This document shows, piece by piece, positions 12,640 through 22,280 of a stretch of 42,618 nt of DNA. Source of the stretch: Geosiphon pyriformis uo1 (Eukaryota > Fungi > Glomeromycota); the NCBI GenBank assembly GCA_016748015.1, contig JAAOMT010000106.1, positions 1 through 42,618 on the forward strand. The letters are read 5' to 3'. Every line of letters starts with the position of its first letter. Within the stretch, counting starts at the first letter, position 1. The position numbers and the translations under genes are program-made. The notes beneath the pieces were generated by a model that was not told the origin of the DNA, did no database searches, and was given only the letters and a program-made list of their open reading frames with translations.

Positions 12640-13310
12640 CTTTTTCTTCTGAGATTGTGTAAATCATACATGGCAGTGGATTGTAGATGAGGTTACACTC
12701 ATCACAATACTGGAAGTCACAGGGAATTAGACAGTGTTGACATAGTTGAGCATTCAACTGCTCTAACTGTTGTTCTTGTTCTTCTTTTGTGGATGCTAAT
12801 TCTTGGTAGTGTTCATAAAATTGTTCTGGATCCAAGAGATTTATGATGGGTTCAGCATCCCAGTCAAGCTTTAGAGGTTCTGGGGAGTTGTCTTTGATCA
12901 TTTTTATTTCCTCAGGTGACGCTTCTTCAGTCTTGACAAGTGCCATTCGCCAAATTTTGTCATTGTCATGTGGGTAACTGTTCAGGCGCTGAACAGCTCT
13001 TCTCCAGGCAGCTTTGATGGGCATTTCTTTTTGTACCCAGTTGCTGATAAGGATTGTGTATTGGCACGACTTGTCACACATTTCTCCTTTCTCAGGAATG
13101 TCATTCCACATTCCTTCATTGAGAAGGGTGTCTCCACATGCCAGACAACGTTTACCATCTCACTTTCTCTTTTGTTTTGGTTGTCCATTGTATTCTATAA
13201 CGCATGGGTGACAATAATATTTGGTTACCATTGACCATTTTTCATTTTTGTTGCAACATGCGTCTATTGACGACAATTTCTTGCTGCAATTGATGCACAC
13301 TAGTTGGGTC
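12640..13310 (-). other. Cys-rich putative zinc-binding region between protease and dUTPase
   Basis: CINC..CC..CHPC..CLAC..CDKSC..CQHCLIPCDFQYCDEC read in one frame through one stop. Confidence 0.6.
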
Positions 13311-13679
13311 AACAGTATTGAACTGGTGGTTGGTAGGCATATGGGACATAAGTCAATTTATTGGCTAGTATTGGCTTTTCTTCTCATTTCTTCTCTTTTC
13401 CTTTTTCTTCCCAACTCCATTCAGCAGTTAATTTGCTCTGGCTGTCATCACTCCATGCTCTTAGGTTTGGCTTCCAGACAAGTTTTTCTTCTTTTTTCTT
13501 TTTTTTGTTGTCCCATGATAGTATGGGTGGTAGTTTGTTGTGGTCGGCATTGGCCCAGGAGACTTGATAAGCTTCCCAGATAGGTTTCTCTTTCTCCTCC
13601 TCCAGTTTAATCAATAGTTTCTCTCTTAGAGAAGTCTTAAAATAGCCACACATGGCCGGTACACATATGTGTTGGCCCT

Positions 13680-14010
13680 GATATGTTAGTTGAAGTTTCT
13701 GGGTGTTCTAGTCTAATATTGCATTGACTTTGGATAGCTAGTTATTACTAACTAGAGCTTGGTATTGAGTGGCTTCCATCACTAAAACTTTAATGGGAGT
13801 CATGATGCCATTGACTTCAAAAGGGAAGTCATCAATTTTGCCAATTGGAGTTTTGGTTGCTCCATTGGCTGTGATGATTCTGGCACTGGCAGCTCGATTA
13901 ACTTGGCGACCTAATTGGTCCATGAGTTGTCATGTGATGATACTGCCTGCTGAACCACTATCAAGGATCAATTTGATAGATTGACCATCAACTTTAGCAT
14001 TTGTGTATAT
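13680..14010 (-). pseudogene. Aspartic (retropepsin) protease
   Basis: KLILDSGSAGSIIT active site, IITANG flap, QALVSNN*L (decayed hhG-D/N-L-type motif). Confidence 0.92.
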
Positions 14011-14449
14011 TGTGGTAATGGGTTTTTTATCAAGAGCAGCTCCATTAAGTACTGGAGTACTTGATGGCTCTTCAATTTCAAATAGGAAGATGGCAGCTAG
14101 TGATTTGTTGTTGGTGATTGTTGCTGACAAAATATTGCTGGTAAGTGTTTGTTGTTTTTGGGTGAGTTCCTGGTTGCTGGGTGAGGTGTCTTCTGGGGTA
14201 ACCAGGAGACTTAAATAGTCCTGATAATTTGGGTTTTGGAAATGACCGGCACCCAAATTCCATTGACAAGATCCTGTTTGTTGACTGAAGGAGCTGGAGA
14301 TTGGCTTATGAACTACCATCAACAATCTTCAGTTTTGCTGCGTGATTCTTGGTCTTTGGACTCCGCTGGCAGGTAAGTTTTGTGGCGGTGTTTGAATTGT
14401 TTGGGGTTGATAGATTGTTGGTAGTTATGGTTAATACATAAGTTATATT

Positions 14450-16426
14450 TATTTTAAATTATTACCTGTGGCTGTGGCTGATAAATTGGGGCCGTTGGTT
14501 GATAAATTGGAGCTTGATATACTGGTGGTTAATAAATTGATTGCTGCGTCATTGGTGCATAATAAGATAAGTGTTGGTATTGTTCTTGATTTTGTTGGGA
14601 ATTCGGAGCTGGGAACTGGTGATTGGGGTTTCAATATTGATTTCCTGATTGTTGATAATTTAAACACTAGTGGCAATCAACTTGTATGTGTTCTTGTCTA
14701 CCACAATAGTGGCAAACATGCATTTCTTGTTGCCACTGTTGATTGGCCAAAAATAATAGACATGGCTGATTTTGGGCGTGATTGGAGTTTCCCTGATTGT
14801 TGTGTTGTTGTGGCAGTTGATAAATTGCTCAATTGTTAGCTAAGTATTCCTCTAATTTTTGATTGATGGAATCATTGAATTGTTCCAATTTAGAATCCAA
14901 TTCAGATGATCCATTTATTACTAGATTAACAGCTTGGGCATGGTTAGCTTTGAGTTTGGCTGCTTCAAAATCTCTGGTGTTAGTGACAGCTGCTTGTAAA
15001 TCTGCTGGGTGTAGTGGACATATGCACTGGAGAATACTACTGCATAAGCCTCTGATAAATTGATTTAAAATTTGAGCCACTGTGAAATAATCAGCATTGA
15101 TAGCTTGGATTTGGTGCAGGCATCTATGGAATTGTCCCAAATATGTAGTAACAGCTTCAGTGTCCCTTTGTTTAATGGTAGTAAAAGTATTTACCAAACA
15201 ATTAATACTGTTATTATTACTGAAATATCTTAGGAACTTCTGCTTAAATGTGTCGAATGTTTGAGGTTTTGTGGCTAAGCTTTGATATCATGAATCCGCG
15301 GTATCTTGGAGAAAATATGGGATTGCCTGAAGAGCTCTGTCATTGTTCCAATTGTTTGCTGTGATTGCTTTGGTGATGTTGTTCAACCAAGCTTGAGCAT
15401 CATTCTCTTTTCTGGTAAATTTTTCTAATTTGGTGATTGGTGCATAGACCATCAGTAATATAGGCTGCTAAGGCTGTTGAGACAGCTGTTGCTAAAATTG
15501 TTGAAGAGGTAATGGTTGTTGGGGTGATACTTGAAGTAGTTGAATTGGCTCACCAATCAGCTTAATTGGTGGTTGATTGATAACAATAACTGAAGGTAGG
15601 TTTTGCTAATGAATTAACTCACTGTTTTGATTTCTTTGCTTTGGCAGAATTTGAATATTTGGAGTTTTAATTTCCAAATTTTCTAAATGTTGCTGAGTTT
15701 GAATGTTTAGGTTTTCTAGGATCAGGTTTTGGTAAGTGAATTCTTGATCCTCTGATTCTTCTTTTTTTTTTTCTGATTCCGTTACTTCTCATGAATCAGA
15801 AATTCTGAAATCTGGTGGAGGTGGTGGTGATTGAAGTTCTGATGAGGTTGATAATTGCGAATTAAATCCCTCAAAGTATTCACTATATGGTCCTAATAAT
15901 TCTGTTTTCTTTTGTTTACTTTAGAATGAGAATCATCCAAATGCTGATGTCGTTATTGATGAAGATGTGTCTGTTGATAATATGTTGATGGCACTTCCGG
16001 GTGTATAGTGATAGGATGGGTTGCTTGGGGATTCAATTCTGTTTTTCTTCCAAGTAGGTGGTTGTATCTTTCTGGGTATTACTACTGGTGTTTATAGTTT
16101 CCCTTTGCCTTTATTAGCATATGTAATTGGATATTTTTATTGGGTGTGATGTTTAATTTCTTTGTTAATCTCAGTGATGATGGATGCGAAATTATAATTT
16201 GTTGGTAGGTTGGTGTTTTGAATCAATTCTCTATAAAAAGTTCTCTTGCTGATTCAGTATTTACTGGTGTTTCTAACAAAGAGGAAATCTTTTTATTAAT
16301 GTAGAAATTGAAGGCTGATTCAGTGGATATATGATTGTGGTTTAATCCCAAGTATTGACAATAGTGTTGAAATAAGGATTTTGCAAATTCTAAATGGTTT
16401 GCTTCTATATTTTCTGATTCTGCCAC
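14450..16426 (-). pseudogene. gag: gag with capsid-like domain and CCHC zinc knuckle
   Basis: WLNNITKAITANNW..AIPYFLQDTA..FKQKFLRYF..IKQRDTEAVTTYLGQF; VCHYCGRQEHIQVDCH at ~14670-14717. Confidence 0.9.
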
Positions 16427-16469
16427 TTTTGGATGGTGTTTATTGGTGCTGGTTTTCTGTAAGATTATA

Positions 16470-16486
16470 CCTCACAGGGAGCACCA
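16470..16486 (-). promoter_or_regulatory. Primer-binding site of element A
   Basis: TGGTGCTCCCTGTGAGG, 2 nt after the 5' LTR; complementary to a tRNA-like 3' end ..CCUCACAGGGAGCACCA. Confidence 0.88.
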
Positions 16487-16488
16487 AA

Positions 16489-17386
16489 TGTTACAGGTAA
16501 TTATTTCTGGCATGAGAATAAATAACAAATCTGTAACTTGGTGCTCAAAAGCTATTTCCGTTGATGATGTTCTGCAAGTGTTGTATTTGAAGGTTTTGAT
16601 ATTTGAAGGTTTTGGTTGAGTTTTTTGTATAATGGACAGAGATTCAATTGTAATTGTAATAGTCTTCGGAATCGCAATTCCATCCAATTTTTTTCTCAGC
16701 GTGGAGACCAGATTTATTCTGGCAGTCATGCCCTTCTGGTAAGCTATTTGATAATATATAAAATTCTACCCTTATTTCTGGGTCTTTTACCAGGCTATCT
16801 ATGATGTCAATAACTTAGCGCTTTTTATCAATTTAGTATACAACAACAAAATAAAGACAGAAGAGAAAAGAAAAGAAAGAAAGAAAGAAAATAAAATAAA
16901 GCAAATAAGCCAAGACGATTCTGATTCATATTCCGTCAATAGCCATGATCAAGAGCTATTGTTCTAGTATGGTTAAGTATGCGCTACTATCAACATTTTA
17001 TGTTGATAGTTGAGAATGAATTTGAGATAGTGAATAATTATTTATTTGATATTTGTAATATGAAAGATTGCTTAAATTAAATCTAAACTAGATTAAATCT
17101 AAACTGGATGTCTTTTTCTGCTTCTAACGCTATCCCTATATATACATAATTGAGATTCTTTAATTCCTCAATTTTTCACGATAAGAATCCTGAGATTCCT
17201 GGAATCTTGCAATTCCTGATGAGAGGAATCCTAAAATTCTGGAATTCTGTAATTTCTCAATGGAGAATTCTGAAATTCCTGGAATCCTGTGATTCCTCAA
17301 AGGAATCCTGGAATTCCACATTTACTATATCTATTCTGATTGGCTAATTTATATCCTAATATAATTCCTATAATTTATGTGTAACA
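16489..17386 (-). repeat. 5' LTR of element A (898 bp)
   Basis: Direct repeat of 7169-8062. Confidence 0.96.
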
Positions 17387-18048
17387 CCATTTAACATAGT
17401 CAAAATTTGCCGAAATTAATAAAAATTGGCTGAAATAATCAATAGTTCAAAGAAATACCTTGTAATTTGCCAAAATATATCTCTAGTTTGCCAAAATTGT
17501 AACAAAAAGAAAAGTGCAAATTCAAAGACTAGTACTACAGCAAATTGTATAAAAGAAGAGCTTTTCTCTTCAAGAAAATATATCTTACTATAATATTTTA
17601 CTTTAAATATCTTAATTAGAACAAATTACTTTTTACACATATTAAATAAAAATTAAATATTTGAAAACCAAATTTTTTAAATTATTACACTTGAAATTAA
17701 TTAGCTACCAATTTCAGTAATCTATTAATAACTTTAAGCTTGAATAGAAAATGTTTTTCTTAACAATATTTTATTTTTTTTACATTTTTGTTATTTTTCT
17801 TTTTTTTCTTATTATAATCATTAGGGTAGCCTACAAACCAGATTCTTGTAAAAGAATTGATTTTTACAGCAAAGTAACTACATATTTTAGTGAGCTTTTA
17901 AACAAGCAATTTCTAAGAAAAAGTTGACATTTATTACAACATAACTACATAAAATAACTGGCATAGAATTGACTATTCTACTTATAAGCCCAGTAGTTTA
18001 AATTATAGAAGATAATTTAAAGATAAATTCAGTAATCAAAGATCTAAC

Positions 18049-19535
18049 TACTTCCAAAAAACATGAATTCATAGCAAACAGACAGCAACAACATTCAAAA
18101 AAAAGACCAGAAACCTCTGGTAACAACACAAATAGATTTTTAAAGAAGCTAAGTTTTTTTAAAGTGACTGATAAGGCTGCTGCATATTTTTTGAAAGTTG
18201 ATTTAAGTCTTAGTATTAGAGTTGATAGATTGCTGTTATCAATATTGGCCAAATTGCAGGTCATTACTTTTGCTTTAGAATGTATACTGTCTTTTTGTAT
18301 TGTAATTATACACTTAAACAGTTAGACAGCTATAGATACATGTATTTCAGAATTGAATATGTCAAATTTTGATTTTTGAAATTGTTGCTGGATAAAAAAA
18401 AAACATATTGCAAATTTGGTTAGTGACAAAAATTTTTTAGTGGTTTGGTTAAAAATTAAAAAACATTCTGACATCTTGAATAATATATGTATAGATGCTT
18501 TGACAAATGAAGCTGATTATTTCTCTTTATTATTGTCTAGTAATGTAAGTAAATATTTTGTTGTAATTAATAATTTGTCAGTATTTGTAAATGTTTATTA
18601 CTTTGTCCAAAACATGTATAAATTAATTAATTGTGTCCTTAAAAACATGAATCTGGTTTTAAAATATCAAATGTTTCTTTATTTTGCAAAATTAATTGGG
18701 TTTGAACTGTTGCAATTTGACATCCAAATTTACATATACTATTGGATTCAATAAGTAGGGCTTTAACTGGTTTGTATATATATTTTATGAAGACTGTTCA
18801 TAGGAGACTGCTTGTTGCTATCTAAAAAAAGCTTTATAACAAGAAATATTCGAATGTTCTGTATTTATAATATAAAAAAGTTAAATTCTTTAATTATGTG
18901 TTCACTTGTTCCAAAAATTTAATTTTCATAAGATAATTTTGATTAATCAGATCTTAGTTTAAAGATCTTTGATTAAGTTTTGTATTTTATTACTTTTTGT
19001 GATTATAGAATTTTTTTTTTTATTTGTTAGATATTAGTCTATATGTGCTCTTTTGTAAAAACTTTGTGCTTATAAATTGGCATAATAAGATTGTGTGGGT
19101 GTTTAAAGATTGTAAGGAGGCTGTCCAAATTTTGATTGATTTTGTGTGTAATTTGAGTATATAATATTATTTTAATTTGTAGAAGTTTAAGTTTAAATAC
19201 AGAGCAGATATAGAAAGAAGTAGTTTAGTTAGCAATTTTGAGATAGTATTAGTTGTATCTTATAATTTGGTATTAAGTTTGTTAGATAGAATAGTTTGTT
19301 TGCTAAGTATTGACAAGTTTTTTGGATTTAATTTTGGTTTTTGTAAACTCTGTTTGTTTTTTTCTGGTTTAAATAATAAACTAATAATTTGTATAAAAGT
19401 TTAGTGTTGTTTTAATTGGTTTAAGTAACTAATTACATATAGTAAAAACATAAATTATGTTTAGCTAGAGTTTTTAATTTTGATTTTGTATACTAAATAG
19501 TGATTGGACTGCACTTGTAAATAAAAAAATAAAAA
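18049..19535 (+). mobile_element. 5'-truncated LINE copy 1 (RNase H, C-terminal zinc finger, 3' tail, A-rich end) with a short inverted 5' piece
   Basis: WLKIKKHSDILNNICIDAL (RNase H C-terminal motif), homology to 33330-34752, shared tail ~19405-19535. Confidence 0.85.
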
Positions 19536-19539
19536 TAAA

Positions 19540-21395
19540 TTTACTCAAAAATATACAAGTATATACAAAAAAAATTTTTATTTATAACAAAAAATAAAAA
19601 ATTTAAAATGCTATTTTAAATATTAGTTATAATATTTAAAAAAATTATTATTTTTTAAAACTATTTTAAAAATAATAATTTATTAAGTAATATAAAAAAA
19701 TTTTTGAAAAATTTTGATCATAGTTATTTATTTTTTTTATTATTGTAATTATTATTACCAAAACTTAATTTAGTTTTATTAATAATTAAAAAAATACTAA
19801 TTCAAAAAAAAAGGTAAAAATCAAGACTAAAAAAACCCAATTTTAAGATTTAATATAACAAAAAATTTTATAATTCAAACTCCAAAATTAATTTTAAATT
19901 TGATCAATTTAATAAATCTGACAAATTTAATAAATTCAACTGTATTAGTATTACTAATTATAAAAATTTTATTATTATAAATATTATTTTCAGTTTATAT
20001 ATTTTTTTTATTAATTATATTAATAACATATATATTTATTACCAAAATTGAAAAATTTATTAACAAAAAATCAATACTTAAATATAATTTAATAATATAA
20101 AAAAAGCTATTATTACTAACAATTAAAATAATATTAAAACTCTATAAAAAATTATATATTTTCTTTAAAACATAGCAAATTTTTGGTATTAAAATTTAAT
20201 TATAAAACTTAATATGTTTAATATCTTTTAAATAATATTTTTATAATACTTTAGTAATTATAATAATATTATTTGATTACAAAATTACTTTAAAATAATT
20301 AAACAAAAAAATAGTAAAGCTATTATTACTTATTTATAATACTTTAATGATTATTTATATTAAATTTAATCAATTAATACTAATTATTATATTATATTTT
20401 AGATTTAAATTAATTTATTAAAAAATTATGTAGACTATGATTTTATTAAATAGTAAATAAAAACAGTTTAACTTATAATACATATTTAATAACTATAAGT
20501 AAAAATAAATATTTAGTTAAAATATAATAAATATGATTAATTATAAATAAAAACAAATATTTAACAAAATAAATATATGCACAAAGATATAATAATTTAT
20601 GTTATAGATTATAAGTAAAAATAAATATTTAACAAATTACATATATAAAAGTTAAATAATAAGATTATTTAGATTGTTTTATTAACTAAAGACTTTTAAT
20701 TTTAAAAATTGGGCTGTAATTATTAATACAAGTAAAAACAAAAGTAATTTTTTTTGGATTTTTTTAATGTTTTTTAAATTTATAAATCATAAAAAATAAA
20801 TTGTTAATTATATTAATTAGAAGTATTATGTTTATAAATTAATAAATATTAATAATTTATTGTTAATAGTTAATAAGATAAAAATAATTTTATATAAAAT
20901 AAAATTTTGTTTAAAAACAAAAAATATCTTTTTATATATATTACTCTTTTTAAATTTATTAAAAATTATGTATTTGTTTTTACATAAAAATATAAAAACA
21001 AAAATTCAAAAATACAAAAATAGAGTAATTAAATCTTTTTAATAAAATTAATTTAAAAATAATTTTTTAAGTTTTTAATATGTAATTATTAAAAACAAAA
21101 AATTATTTTTTAAAATCTTGTAATTAATTAAGTATTTTTTGAAGATTTTTTATATTATTATGTTAATTTTTTAACTAATATAATATTAAACAAATTTTTA
21201 TAATTTGTTTTAATTATTTAAAATAGTTAAATATATTAATATAAAAAATTAAAATCATATTTTTTTGAAACAATAAGACTTATAATAATATTTAATTTAA
21301 TTTTTTATTTTGTTTAAATATTAAATAAAAAAATTATATATATAATCATATTTTATATTTAAAAATATATATATATTATATTAAATAATATAGAA
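19540..21395. other. Extremely AT-rich low-complexity tract
   Basis: Very few G/C bases and no credible ORFs; similar tracts at ~24600-24960, 27690-27990, 36720-37220, 37850-38680. Confidence 0.8.
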
Positions 21396-21397
21396 TT

Positions 21398-22270
21398 GTG
21401 GCACCTAATTTACATAACAATATTGATTGGTTTAGATTATCTTTGGTGTGGTATTTTAATTTCTATTTGGCAGCCAGTTTCATCAGTAAACCTATTGCTA
21501 ATGCTTGTATATACTTTATAAAAGCTTTATATTATCAGCTTTTTGTTGCTGTCTGTAAGTGCTTGTATAGCAAGTATTATCCAAGTATAGTATATCTGTT
21601 CTGTAGTAATGTTAAGGTTTTAAACCATGCTTTTTCTTGTTCTGCTAACTCTAATGTTCATGTTTGGCTGTTGAATTCTCATGCAGCTGACTGGGGAGGG
21701 GCTTTCTGGTTTTTATGTTTTATTTTTTTGTGTGTCACAACTGCTGTTTTTATGTGCTTTTAATGTTACTATATGTATAGTTTTGTATAAGGATTTTGTT
21801 CTTAATAATTGATACCAAGAATCTTTCTTTGTTTTTAAGAATTCTAAGATTATGAATCAAACTATTGTGGACTTTGTGCACAAGTTTTGCCTTGCTTTTC
21901 AGAATGAAGTTTGGTTAATCCATACTAACCACCAGGCTTTTATAAAAAAAAATGAAATGATTCTATTGGATGGGTCAATTCTGGTTTTGGTTACTGAGTT
22001 TTCTTCAGCACTTTTTGCTGGTGTGGTTAAATTGTTGGGCATTGCTGATGCTTTTGGTGTTAGTTTTGGGCTTTGTAAATTTTTTAGGTTTTTTTCAGGT
22101 AAAAGTAGCATAATTTCAGTTTATATAGGTGCTTAATATTGTTCTGACTAGTTTGAGTGGCTGGTTACATGTAAAAAGTGCATAATTTACACCTAGTTTA
22201 GATTACTTGTATGATGTATTATACTAGATAATATTTGGACTTCACTTGTTAAATGTTAATAAAAAAAAAA
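21398..22270 (+). mobile_element. 5'-truncated LINE copy 2 (ORF2 C-terminus, tail, poly-A)
   Basis: Homologous to 33890-34752; ends GVVKLLGIADAFGVSFG..VYIGA*; A-run at 22261-22271. Confidence 0.92.
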
Positions 22271-22280
22271 ATAATATAAA

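Larger units (their letters stand above)
7169..17386 (-). mobile_element. Full-length dUTPase-containing Ty3/Gypsy LTR retrotransposon A (10.2 kb, inactivated)
   Basis: Two ~895-bp LTRs with TGTTACA..TGTAACA termini, CCAT TSD (7165-7168 / 17387-17390), PBS, PPT, domain order PR-RT-RH-IN. Confidence 0.97.

Noticed and set aside
11387-15063. Plus-strand ORFs opposite gag-pol
   Set aside because: Shadow frames of the minus-strand coding sequence.
17400-17500. Repeated TTTGCCRAAA words right of element A
   Set aside because: Three short copies with no termini or other structure to support an element call.
17821-17826. TTAGGG telomere-like hexamer
   Set aside because: Single copy, no array.
20490-20745. 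CRISPR-like repeat-spacer array
   Set aside because: Eukaryotic context, degenerate AT-only repeats, irregular spacing, no cas genes.
20860-21042. K/I/N/F-rich ORFs in AT tracts
   Set aside because: Composition-driven chance ORFs.
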